From contig CAWVRN010000001.1 of the NCBI GenBank assembly GCA_963932905.1, positions 320,001 through 384,000 on the forward strand: a DNA stretch of 64,000 bases. The letters run 5' to 3'. Every line of letters starts with the position of its first letter. Position 1 is the stretch's first letter. Below are positions 52,801-60,478 of this stretch, in pieces. Below the pieces are notes generated by a model. That model was not told where the DNA came from and did not search any database. It saw only the letters and a list, made by a program, of their open reading frames with translations. This stretch comes from an uncultured Bdellovibrio sp. (GTDB lineage Bacteria; Bdellovibrionota; Bdellovibrionia; Bdellovibrionales; Bdellovibrionaceae). Position numbers and translations under genes: made by a program.

Positions 52801-54936
52801 GAATATGATATTTTCAATCGTCTGACTCAGGTAACCTCCCCTAAAAACGAAATCACCAAGTATTCGTATGATGAACTAGGAAATCTTCTTTCCGTTTTGG
52901 ACCCAAAAAACAGGATGACTAGTTTTGAATATAACAGCCGAAATCAACTCATTAAGAAAACAGACGCTTTTGGCGCGATTGTCGAAATGAATTACGACGG
53001 CAACGGTAATATGACCTATATGAAGGACCCTAATGGTAATGTTAGGTCGATGCAGTACAACTTGGTGAATGACTTAACTCAGGTCACTTTACCTGACGAC
53101 GTCATCACATACATTTACGATGTTCCAGGAGAAAAAGCGATATCGGCAAGCAATAAGAATTCTACTATTTCTTATTTTAGAAATTTAAAGGGCCAGAATT
53201 TAAACGAATCTATTTCCGGCGCTGGTGATCTGTCAAGCTACCCTGATTTTTACATATCATCAGAATACAATCGTCGTGATTTGCTATCAGAGCAGCAAAC
53301 TCCTGTGGGAAATATTTCCTATGGCTACGATGAACTTAATCGCCTAACCAGCATGAACGCATTTTCAAAAAGCTACAGTTTTAAATATGATGGAGCTTCA
53401 CGACTGAACGAAGTCATAAGAGGAAATATTAAAACTAGCTACGCCTATCAAGATCAGCAGCTTAGAAAAATTACTCATGCTAACTCTAGCGTGTCGCTAG
53501 CTGAGTATGAATACAGCTACGATTTACGAAACTATCCGACACAAAAAAGGTCTCTGGCTAGCGTTGTCGACTATGGTTACGATCAAAATGGCCAGCTAAT
53601 TCAGGCAAGCGGCAGCACAGTCAGTGAGACTTACAGCTATGACAATATTGGAAATCGAATTTCTGATCAAAGTCGCACCTACGAATACGACGTCACGGGC
53701 CAGAGGTTAAATCAGGACTCGTTCTTTACGTATCAATATGACAATAACGGCAACTTAATAAATAAAATTTCAAGGGATGGTCTAAAAGAATCGCACCACT
53801 ATGAGTATTCAAGTCTGAATCAGCTGATAAAGGTGCAGGTAATGAGTGGTTCAATCGGAGCACTTGCCACCATACGCGAGATTAGCTACGCTTATGATGT
53901 GCTAGGACGTCGAATGCAGAAAAGCGTAAAGGACTTCGTGAACTCTAAAGCTTACACCAGAAAATATGCATACAACGGCAGTAACATCGTTGCAGAGTAT
54001 GATGGCGGTAATGCACTCCTAGCAAAGTACACGCATTCGCCATTATCGGCTGATGATTTGCTTGCGGCTGACATTTCCGGTCAAGGCGTGGCAGCTGGTA
54101 TAAGCAATCAAAGCGGAGTTTTGTATTACTTAAAAGATCACCTGAACTCTGTCACTGAAATCGCTAACGAAGCTGGAAATGTAGTTCAAAAATTTGAATA
54201 TTCTAGTTTTGGAGAGATTCAAAAGATTAAAGACGGCAGTGATAATGTGGTGTCATTCACTCAAGCTCCGGTAAAAACAAGTTTTACATACACAGGTAGA
54301 GAGTTTGAACCTGAGACTGGGCTTTATTATTATCGTGCGCGATACTATGAATCGAGTAATGGGCGATTCTTACAACAAGATCCTGATCCTGGAGTTTTGC
54401 GATTGCCCGAAACAATCAACAATCGATATTCTTATACTGCGAACAGTCCTTCCTTTAAATCCGACCCAAGTGGCAAGGTTTGGTGGGTCGTTGTTGTTGC
54501 TATTGTCTCTTTTGCTACGACGGCTTTCGAAAATAATCGTAATGGAGGAAACTTCCTCCAACAATACGTTAAGAATTTTGCGATTAGCGCGCTACTATAT
54601 GGAATTGGTTATGGCATTGGAGAGCTTTTTGGCTTCCCAACTGCGTATCAAGGCGCGAGCGCAAGTCAAGTCGCTATAGACTCTGCTCGTTCAATTGGGA
54701 TTAATGCCGGTATCGAAATTGGTGCGGCTAATGGCTATTGGAGCAGGGATACGGCTACCCTTGGGCTTTTAGGAATCGGATACGGCGATGCCTATTCGAC
54801 GGATCAACTACAAAATGGAACTGATGCGGCTTTGGTTTTGGGTAATATTCTTACTGGCAATGGCCCTACCAGATATCCAATAGGTCCGGCAATAGGAGGA
54901 TTCATTGCAGTGGATGCACAAATACCTAAGTTTTAA
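46876..54936 (+). CDS. teneurin-like Rhs/YD-repeat polymorphic toxin (signal peptide, Ig repeats, carboxypeptidase-regulatory-like domain, NHL propeller, YD shell, Rhs core, hydrophobic C-terminal domain)
   Basis: D.AGN Ig repeats; PQGV...IYIADFGNNRIRKI NHL; YD repeats; YTGREFEPETGLYYYRARYY...GRFLQQDP...DPSG core; RBS AAGGGGAG. Confidence 0.92.
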   Translation: MYRLTAIAILLFAQFVLAQNTADQVVVFPDKTYRGSFKSVNQVTETISVTSDAIKNDFIIKMKNADGQNHENVVCAGGLLQKCSCGLKNLANLLYRTFFRVEYAEITWNGKKVVDASTFNKNVALLSVSVKPELNNSLVIKYRGFFTSYFSLGIYRPSSPKDTTAPTILTQLRSNTFTNQKSVSVEIQDISNVTSTVSINGAVVKSSTAKSFTFDLVNGNNNIEIKSQDQFNNIASPVLISNVVLDQTNPSISLSSNDPVYVNSLPKTLAVQFISNEPLKSLLVNSNQVSLDESGKIGVYNLNVLQSGANNVAVQPTDLAGNVSNQNLSLSVILDNTAPVITFGIAEGTLTNQSLIVVPVKITEANDVHSIIKVNGVDVLRTGAKEFDFEASLLLEGENQIQVESTDIAGNIAISEILKIQRDTVVPILTITSPTPNQILQDIQFTLSGSFSEAVSTLKINNKDIVLSADKKSFSIQYLTQYEGVQEIQFLAEDLAGNILEKSISIEIHSPLLVPELISLTQVEDQVFIHGAQQASRPGLTIKASEGFLSFNTDESIVNPDGSFSLKLTPFQSATVSVEDPRVNQTSSFVVQFSGITRLSGIIRDINDVAIPNVTVSLSGTTFQTVTNGQGAFSFELNISGDQTLNFDGSTVPTSFTGPSRYFSKSSMSINLGYAQQNILNRPIYLTPTLLDGTQTQVVANQPANVSSSHAPGVELAVPSNASVFPSGSGQGSINIMTIPSDKVTVPVPASAVPNAVVSLEPSGLRFNQRVELTLPNSYELKPNTDMVIFSMNSAKGAWEIDGIAKVSSDGQKIKTLPNQGISHFSIVYAVPLMPTLTGLVDSNLNAVDSSKDSYETSLQLPSFKIGDESFSPQLKYKSIWANPTAFVSNYIEIPEKTITYSKSSASQTSSYSSVYVGKTCDIFRCYSRYADFYTNTFYNSSVNQVSSYVPNGIKSQFFISSIKSSDIATGNISSDLSKVTTEIFDDGERKGLVSKIANFSDLSQFSALPMRNMVSYAVELKDPSTNKYLESGLYPSLARYQIQLKNLTIKTVQDSVTNKGRFDSSYIPIDQRNIQQNTTTTKTTLETQVLSDFLPKDVTANVVVQNKVDSISGRGWKINGYQQILNPAARNIVIEEADGSVSTYEMSNIISTVYQPNNASIKLDQALDFSQWPKIVTSYVSDNGKSYLGEVDLSQAQPSSILGLFEIGSASGALGNQGTYICIESNYTGSFSTTRHSYLFQPQLSNLRRISNGRWIATDTRSHRVVEIGSMPKDIAGKKATIEEVLNLNFGIERIDANLDGVNQTCQSVFGVSCGMPVVDQANLSCTLALPNECPPGVICKPSPPKKFIASTGDGYLSTYEGDDIQGLANSGPNGIGLNSPQGVVLDSLNNIYIADFGNNRIRKIDAQTSTISTIAGNGQNLNFPENPGLGTSVSIYHPKQLLLNSQNELYISTEKGLILKLKTNGQIEKVAGLPVEEGGVFANQTNALVMALNNPNGMAIDESKNYLYVADTGYHRVVRIDLVNQQADVIAGNGSCNLQVSGDGFAATNASLCSPTFLHLDNDKNLIVQESGRKAIRKIQFTEDNQSQDLTFIASSKDLSVLIKHADGSWNRKFRDGSSVTFSSLGLQVSSTDRLGRQNIFSYDTENKISKISFFTGQEINYFYSGRLLNRIQDSSGRSTQFSYTDGKLTNVRLPDGAEKQFEYNEKGMLVSEENQLGQKLAIDYQSSNRVNKIKLADNKEVQWNDAVSKTLTTGSNDSNLLKGVGLASNQGNSQITDSNGGTTVLVPDINGYTSIASNAMGAQTTINRDFEGLPLAIVRPTGHATHFSYDPLTRDVASTSEYYNLDTDPVVRKFTYNSFGQVLTETQSVRGATDQTTVKEYSSEGLLLKITSPDGSKIEMTYDTNGFMKTRTVFPSLAAAGLTTTYIRNQKGWVIKLIGPDSKEVTFSYDLSGNVIEKIENISASTTAITKFEYDIFNRLTQVTSPKNEITKYSYDELGNLLSVLDPKNRMTSFEYNSRNQLIKKTDAFGAIVEMNYDGNGNMTYMKDPNGNVRSMQYNLVNDLTQVTLPDDVITYIYDVPGEKAISASNKNSTISYFRNLKGQNLNESISGAGDLSSYPDFYISSEYNRRDLLSEQQTPVGNISYGYDELNRLTSMNAFSKSYSFKYDGASRLNEVIRGNIKTSYAYQDQQLRKITHANSSVSLAEYEYSYDLRNYPTQKRSLASVVDYGYDQNGQLIQASGSTVSETYSYDNIGNRISDQSRTYEYDVTGQRLNQDSFFTYQYDNNGNLINKISRDGLKESHHYEYSSLNQLIKVQVMSGSIGALATIREISYAYDVLGRRMQKSVKDFVNSKAYTRKYAYNGSNIVAEYDGGNALLAKYTHSPLSADDLLAADISGQGVAAGISNQSGVLYYLKDHLNSVTEIANEAGNVVQKFEYSSFGEIQKIKDGSDNVVSFTQAPVKTSFTYTGREFEPETGLYYYRARYYESSNGRFLQQDPDPGVLRLPETINNRYSYTANSPSFKSDPSGKVWWVVVVAIVSFATTAFENNRNGGNFLQQYVKNFAISALLYGIGYGIGELFGFPTAYQGASASQVAIDSARSIGINAGIEIGAANGYWSRDTATLGLLGIGYGDAYSTDQLQNGTDAALVLGNILTGNGPTRYPIGPAIGGFIAVDAQIPKF
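53909..54402 (+). repeat. 494-bp direct repeat, copy 1 (Rhs core)
   Basis: Identical by eye to 55507..56000. Confidence 0.92.
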
Positions 54937-55495
54937 AGAATACACTGTGCTGTTTTATATTGCTTTTTTTGTATTACTTTCCTCGTGTGCAACGAATGGC
55001 GTTCGTATAGAGGAAGGCCATTACGAAGTTGGGCAACAGCGAATATTCGCAGCTTTTAATCCAGAATTCATTTATTTGAACAAAGTTTCTAAAGAGGAAA
55101 TTATGGAAGATTTGGAGGTGGAGTTTAGAAAATATAAATATTTTAATTCGGATGGGTCCTCTATCTCTTCCAAGTATGTATTTAATGAACAATTCTCGAT
55201 GTCTAACACTAGAAATAGATATTCCGAAAAACTTAAAATGCTGTATCTATTTTCTTGCATCGTATACTGCGAAACAGCATACGATACCGTCTGGATAAAA
55301 CTATCCATTACTAAAGGAGAAAAGATAGTTTACGAAATTGAAAAAGAAGATACTATTACGTATCGTCAAAGCATATTTCTATTGCCTGGCGTTTTACTAC
55401 TTCCATTTGAGAACTACCCGAAAAAAGTAATATTAAACCTACACAAACGTGTTTTGGAGCAATCTCTTTTAGATCAGGTAAAATGGCTCGAGTGA
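54905..55495 (+). CDS. putative immunity lipoprotein for Rhs CT1
   Basis: Overlaps the toxin 3' end; LLSSC lipobox. Confidence 0.65.
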   Translation: MQWMHKYLSFKEYTVLFYIAFFVLLSSCATNGVRIEEGHYEVGQQRIFAAFNPEFIYLNKVSKEEIMEDLEVEFRKYKYFNSDGSSISSKYVFNEQFSMSNTRNRYSEKLKMLYLFSCIVYCETAYDTVWIKLSITKGEKIVYEIEKEDTITYRQSIFLLPGVLLLPFENYPKKVILNLHKRVLEQSLLDQVKWLE

Positions 55496-55506
55496 GAACC
55501 GCAACA

Positions 55507-56000
55507 GTCGAATGCAGAAAAGCGTAAAGGACTTCGTGAACTCTAAAGCTTACACCAGAAAATATGCATACAACGGCAGTAACATCGTTGCAGAGTATGA
55601 TGGCGGTAATGCACTCCTAGCAAAGTACACGCATTCGCCATTATCGGCTGATGATTTGCTTGCGGCTGACATTTCCGGTCAAGGCGTGGCAGCTGGTATA
55701 AGCAATCAAAGCGGAGTTTTGTATTACTTAAAAGATCACCTGAACTCTGTCACTGAAATCGCTAACGAAGCTGGAAATGTAGTTCAAAAATTTGAATATT
55801 CTAGTTTTGGAGAGATTCAAAAGATTAAAGACGGCAGTGATAATGTGGTGTCATTCACTCAAGCTCCGGTAAAAACAAGTTTTACATACACAGGTAGAGA
55901 GTTTGAACCTGAGACTGGGCTTTATTATTATCGTGCGCGATACTATGAATCGAGTAATGGGCGATTCTTACAACAAGATCCTGATCCTGGAGTTTTGCGA
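55507..56000 (+). repeat. 494-bp direct repeat, copy 2
   Basis: Identical by eye to 53909..54402. Confidence 0.92.
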
Positions 56001-56636
56001 AGACCGAGCAGTATAGTTAACAAATTTGTGTACGCAGATAATCGACCGACGTTACTCACTGATCCTAATGGAAAATTTCCACTTTTTGCAGCAATTGTCG
56101 TTGCTGGTGTTGTAGGTGGAATCTTTGGTGGGTACAATGCAACTAGAAACGGAATGAGCTTTTGGTCTGGATTTGCTTCGGGAGCTTTAATTGGTGTTGG
56201 CAGTGTTGTTGCTACCTGGGCCGGTGCGGCCTTGCTGACGTCAGCTGTGGGAGCTATGGGCTACACTGTTGGAGGAGGTTCTGCGCTCGGAATAGTTGCA
56301 GGCGCCGTTGGTGGAGGGCTTGGGAACATGGTTCTTTATGGCGGACTTCTTGGTGCTCGAGGTACCTCTTTGTTCATTGCCGGCCTAGCCGGGGCATTAA
56401 GTGGAGGAATTGCTGGCGCTTATGGCTCCAACTATGGCCAAGCAGGCGGAATAGTTGCTCCAGCAAATCAGGCCACAGCCATAGAAGCCGTAGATTCGTT
56501 CAACAGGACGATTACTCCGATTGACATTACTAATGACCCGACGAAATTTATTAACGATCTTTTTAGGCAAAATCCAGATGGTAGCTGGTCAAATGGCGCA
56601 CCATCTATGGATGGATCACCGGTATATAGGCACTAG
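55512..56636 (+). CDS. orphan Rhs core plus alternative glycine-zipper C-terminal domain (CT2)
   Basis: Duplicated core, DPNG, then hydrophobic GxxxG-rich helices; no evident RBS. Confidence 0.85.
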   Translation: MQKSVKDFVNSKAYTRKYAYNGSNIVAEYDGGNALLAKYTHSPLSADDLLAADISGQGVAAGISNQSGVLYYLKDHLNSVTEIANEAGNVVQKFEYSSFGEIQKIKDGSDNVVSFTQAPVKTSFTYTGREFEPETGLYYYRARYYESSNGRFLQQDPDPGVLRRPSSIVNKFVYADNRPTLLTDPNGKFPLFAAIVVAGVVGGIFGGYNATRNGMSFWSGFASGALIGVGSVVATWAGAALLTSAVGAMGYTVGGGSALGIVAGAVGGGLGNMVLYGGLLGARGTSLFIAGLAGALSGGIAGAYGSNYGQAGGIVAPANQATAIEAVDSFNRTITPIDITNDPTKFINDLFRQNPDGSWSNGAPSMDGSPVYRH

Positions 56637-56637
56637 T

Positions 56638-57243
56638 ATGGAAAAAATTTACTCGCCCAGTCTAGTATATAGTGGATACCTAAAGTTTATGTATTCAAAA
56701 CTGCTTCAAAGAAATATTCTATTGCCCCTATTGGGTTTCTATATATTTATGGTTTCTTTGAATGTTTTAGGCAAATCCATTCTACTTTCAGTGGAAATGA
56801 AAGAAATTGTTTTTGCGCCATTAGACCTTTTAGTGTCCCAAATGGAATACGTAGGACTTTTTATTCCCATTCTGATAGGCCTCTATATCGTATTTGCTTC
56901 GGGTATGTGGTTTCAAAAATTCACTATTCGTCAAAATAAAATTGTAGACCTTTTTCCAAAAGAAAAAGAGTTTAGTTTGTCTGATATTGTGCGGATCGTA
57001 CTTTTTTCTCCCAACCTAGGTCAAATTCATTTACAATCGGTATCTAATAAGTTAATGCACTCTGTATATTGGCATGGTAATAACGAAAAAGAATGGTTAG
57101 ATTTTTTAAATATCCTTGTGTCACAAAGGCCATCAATAAAAAATAAGATTTATATAAATACTGGCAAATGGCGAGTCGGGAAAATAGAAATTTCAACGGT
57201 TGAAGATAGCTACTCTGAAATTTTAAAAATCTACCATAAATGA
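56638..57243 (+). CDS. putative membrane immunity protein for CT2
   Basis: ATG 1 nt after the toxin stop; two TM helices plus a soluble domain. Confidence 0.65.
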   Translation: MEKIYSPSLVYSGYLKFMYSKLLQRNILLPLLGFYIFMVSLNVLGKSILLSVEMKEIVFAPLDLLVSQMEYVGLFIPILIGLYIVFASGMWFQKFTIRQNKIVDLFPKEKEFSLSDIVRIVLFSPNLGQIHLQSVSNKLMHSVYWHGNNEKEWLDFLNILVSQRPSIKNKIYINTGKWRVGKIEISTVEDSYSEILKIYHK

Positions 57244-57431
57244 AATTAGAAAAAATTTATTCTCCTAAGAAAATTTATAAAAATTTTTACAGCTTTGCTA
57301 AAGAAAATTCTCTTGGGAAAAATCAAATTCTGGTAGCGACTATATTTATATTCTTTTTTACTGCTGTACTGGCGCGACAGTATCAAGCTCATAAAACCTT
57401 GCCTATAAGGCCTTTCACGGTAAAGTTTTGA
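57240..57431 (+). pseudogene. truncated paralog of the CT2 immunity gene
   Basis: MKLEKIYSPKKIY resembles MEKIYSPSLVY; one TM, then ends at 63 aa. Confidence 0.55.
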
Positions 57432-57613
57432 AAAATTTCGTCTGGAGAAAAACATTTAGCATAGATCACTTGAAATTAACTAAGCACGGAAAGACCTGGC
57501 AGGTGAGAAACAAGGCCGCCAAATCTACCCTACTTTCCCGATCAACAAAACAGACTATTTAGAATTGTGAGTAAGCTAATTTAGATTACCAAAAATTTCA
57601 ACAAACTGATCAG

Positions 57614-58594
57614 CTATCGAAAATAAGAAAATCTACCGATTGAAATTTTGTTTTCGGTAGAAATTTCAAACAGTTTATTCAAATACAAATAACCAGTGGC
57701 TAGCATTTTTTCCGAAACTATAGCCTCACACCAACCCTGACGAAAAAAATAAGCGTGACGATCAATATCTTTTTTGAAGTCCAAATACGGATAACATGTC
57801 GATTCAACAACATCCCCCGCGAGCCAATACAAGTTATCACTCCCAACAAATTTAAAATAAAAAGGAACATCACCCCGACTAAGTTGAATTTTTTCAGAAT
57901 CAAGAATATTATCCGGAGGGTTGACTAACGAACTTTTATATTCTGATGTGTTTCTAACAATGACTCGAACGGGGTGGTCTTTCAAATCCAGATTCTCAAA
58001 AACGTTATCGATTTCTTTTTTCTTGCCCACCACGATACTAAACAAATCCAAATATCCATTTACCATTTCCTGCTTCTGTTCAAGAGTGTGCGCTGTTTTG
58101 TTATTTGCAAAAACACCAATACCAGCCAGTTCGTACCCAATATGTTTAAATGGCAAAAGCAGTGTCTCACTTGGCAAAATCAGCCGGGTAAACACGACTT
58201 CCGCATCGACGACTTGAAAATGACTTTCCGTTTTAATCAAGTTCTGCTTATGCAAGTCTCTGATTCCAAAAATATAACTGTAGGCGATGAGTACGCCAAA
58301 TGCATAAAAATGTTCGTTAGTAACATCCCCAGGCCATTCAACTACTTCTTTTGATCTACCTCGCCATTTTCCAAGTATTTCAATATCGAGATTAAACAAA
58401 TAGTGTGAAAGCGCTTTATAAGGATCGCGCGCTTTGATTTCAAAAATATTTTTAAGCGGACTTGTTTGTCCAAAGAACAACCATTCCCAGTAAACCGATC
58501 TGGGTTTATCATAATAAAAACAAGGCAAAGCGTCCGTGCCTCGCTGAACTCTTTTAACCTGCTGTCCGAAATTATGCGTATCTGCTAAAAACAC
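57614..58594 (-). CDS. stand-alone LanM N-terminal dehydratase-like (DUF4135) protein, no cyclase domain
   Basis: YYDKPR, FY.FG.L, DLHKQNLI (DxHxxN), VDAE, LLLP, RVIVRNTSEY (R-x5-T), E..QL.RGDVPFYF. Confidence 0.85.
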   Translation of the reverse strand: MFLADTHNFGQQVKRVQRGTDALPCFYYDKPRSVYWEWLFFGQTSPLKNIFEIKARDPYKALSHYLFNLDIEILGKWRGRSKEVVEWPGDVTNEHFYAFGVLIAYSYIFGIRDLHKQNLIKTESHFQVVDAEVVFTRLILPSETLLLPFKHIGYELAGIGVFANNKTAHTLEQKQEMVNGYLDLFSIVVGKKKEIDNVFENLDLKDHPVRVIVRNTSEYKSSLVNPPDNILDSEKIQLSRGDVPFYFKFVGSDNLYWLAGDVVESTCYPYLDFKKDIDRHAYFFRQGWCEAIVSEKMLATGYLYLNKLFEISTENKISIGRFSYFR

Positions 58595-58599
58595 GAGTC

Positions 58600-58680
58600 C
58601 TATCCTGCTGAACTGAGTCCAGCATTGTGACTTTCAGCTTCCGCTTCTAAAGCTTCTAGGTCGATATAAACAATTTCCAT
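58600..58680 (-). CDS. 26-aa putative RiPP precursor MEIVYIDLEALEAEAESHNAGLSSAG
   Basis: Below the ORF-track cutoff; strong RBS GGGAGGG just upstream of ATG 58680; fills the gap between the kinase and dehydratase genes; stop 5 nt before the dehydratase GTG. Confidence 0.8.
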   Translation of the reverse strand: MEIVYIDLEALEAEAESHNAGLSSAG

Positions 58681-58708
58681 ATACCCTCCCTTTATTGGGT
58701 TAATTCCC

Positions 58709-60478
58709 TTATTGGACGAACTCCGAAGCCATTTGATTTTCAAAATCAAATTCGATTTCAGAAAGTGCATCTTTTGGGATTATTTTTACTTTTAATTCGC
58801 GAGCCCGGTTTTTGACTGCCTCATCGTCGTACATTCCTGTGACAAGAAAGCTCTCAAACTTAAGACCATGCCTGTCGATTAGGTCCAGGCCATTTGATTT
58901 TGATTTTAAATCGTAGTCCATCAAGAACAGACGTGATGAAAAAATGTCATTTTCATTCTTTAGCAACCATTTATCAAGTTCAGTATCCGAGTATAAGTGA
59001 ACAAGCTTTAGCATATCAACATCATCTTGGAGGATATGCTCCCACGTTTTATGAATAAGCTCATCGTCGTCTACAATTACTAACTCTTGGCCTGGAAACA
59101 ATTTGATTCGGCTACCTTGGCTTAACATGTTCACGCGTTTTTCAGGAATTAAAGGAACCGTCAAAGTAATCGCCGTCCCAATACCTTCCTCTGACACAAT
59201 TTCTACTCTGCCGTTTAGCGAATCCAAAATATTTTTAACATGAAAAAGTCCAAGGCCACTGCCGTTTGTCTTTCCAAAGGTGGCGCCCTCGCTCATTAAC
59301 TTAGGAATTATGTCTTTAGGAATACCTTTGCCTGAATCTTTGATAAGGATCAAAATGTTTCCTTCATCCTTCGACAGACTTAATTGTATTTGGCCTTTAT
59401 CTGAAATAGCTTCAATGGAGTTTGTAACTAAATTTAGCAATGCCAAGGTTATCTGAGTGCCTGATCCCGCCATTACTAATTTTGGCCCAACACGATTTAC
59501 AAAATCTATTTCTATAGACGTCGTGAAATTCACGCTAAGCTCATTTCGTTTTTGTTCTACAATCTGGTTGATAATTTGAACTAGTTCGAATTCATCAACC
59601 TGCTTTGGTTCGCCAGTTGCGTTTGACTTGATTAATTTTTTTGAAACTGACGAGATTTGATCAACGATTTTCTTAAGAGCTTCTTTGTCCAATTCACTGT
59701 TTCCATTTGATTTATTTAGGCAAAGAGACAGTGCGCTTAGAGAGCCATTCAGGGCATGACTGACTTGTTTTGCCATTTCTATTTGGCCTTCTAAAAACTT
59801 TTTTTGAGAAACTTCAGATTCAAGTTCATTTATTCGTTGAAAAAGTCGCTCCAGCGAAGAATCAAGTTTTTTAAGTTCGTCAATTTTCACGTCCTCTAGT
59901 AAAAGCCCATTTTTTGCTGTATGGGACAAATTACTTTGCGCTTGAGTTAGCGTTTCAATTCGATTTTCAAGTGGTTTTGCAATTTTATTTGCTACTTTCG
60001 AAAGACTCTTTTTTAAGCTTAAAAATACCAAAATTAAAAATCCTGCAAATACTGAGATCAGGGCGAGCAACCGATATAGTGGGCTCATGAGATCAGTTTC
60101 GATTTCAAGTTTCATCACTTGACCGTTTGGTAAAACTTCTGAGTATGAGTCAAATGATGAAAATCCAAATTTTGTCAGAGGGCCAGCATGTGCCCAATGT
60201 CGCTCATTTAAAAAAAGATCTGCGCGAACGGGAAACTCTTGGGTTTTTGACCACGTATCAACAATTCGATTCAATTCGCCATCAAGATTGAAAGTATTTT
60301 GACTAGTCACCTGCGCAACTATTATTTCCTTTAAATGTGAAACGATAAATTGTTTTGATTGTTCTTTGGTGTGTATGCTCCACACTAAAGCGTATACTAC
60401 AATCCCTGCGATGGCCGCCACTAAGCTTAGTGTAAGAATGGTTTTTACTTTCTGGTGAATCAGTTTTGATAGTTTCAA
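58709..60478 (-). CDS. hybrid sensor histidine kinase with C-terminal receiver domain
   Basis: Two TM; QVSHALN H-box; NLVTNSIEA, DSGKGI, GSGLGL; VIVDDD...MDYDL...VTG...PK. Confidence 0.9.
   Translation of the reverse strand: MKLSKLIHQKVKTILTLSLVAAIAGIVVYALVWSIHTKEQSKQFIVSHLKEIIVAQVTSQNTFNLDGELNRIVDTWSKTQEFPVRADLFLNERHWAHAGPLTKFGFSSFDSYSEVLPNGQVMKLEIETDLMSPLYRLLALISVFAGFLILVFLSLKKSLSKVANKIAKPLENRIETLTQAQSNLSHTAKNGLLLEDVKIDELKKLDSSLERLFQRINELESEVSQKKFLEGQIEMAKQVSHALNGSLSALSLCLNKSNGNSELDKEALKKIVDQISSVSKKLIKSNATGEPKQVDEFELVQIINQIVEQKRNELSVNFTTSIEIDFVNRVGPKLVMAGSGTQITLALLNLVTNSIEAISDKGQIQLSLSKDEGNILILIKDSGKGIPKDIIPKLMSEGATFGKTNGSGLGLFHVKNILDSLNGRVEIVSEEGIGTAITLTVPLIPEKRVNMLSQGSRIKLFPGQELVIVDDDELIHKTWEHILQDDVDMLKLVHLYSDTELDKWLLKNENDIFSSRLFLMDYDLKSKSNGLDLIDRHGLKFESFLVTGMYDDEAVKNRARELKVKIIPKDALSEIEFDFENQMASEFVQ

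Noticed and set aside
46876..54936. T6SS effector or Tc-toxin C subunit
   Set aside because: No PAAR, VgrG or TcB features; it has a Sec-type signal peptide and Ig/NHL domains.
57614..58680. Class II lanthipeptide (lantibiotic) cluster
   Set aside because: No LanC cyclase domain, no Cys in the precursor and no LanT peptidase-transporter in view.
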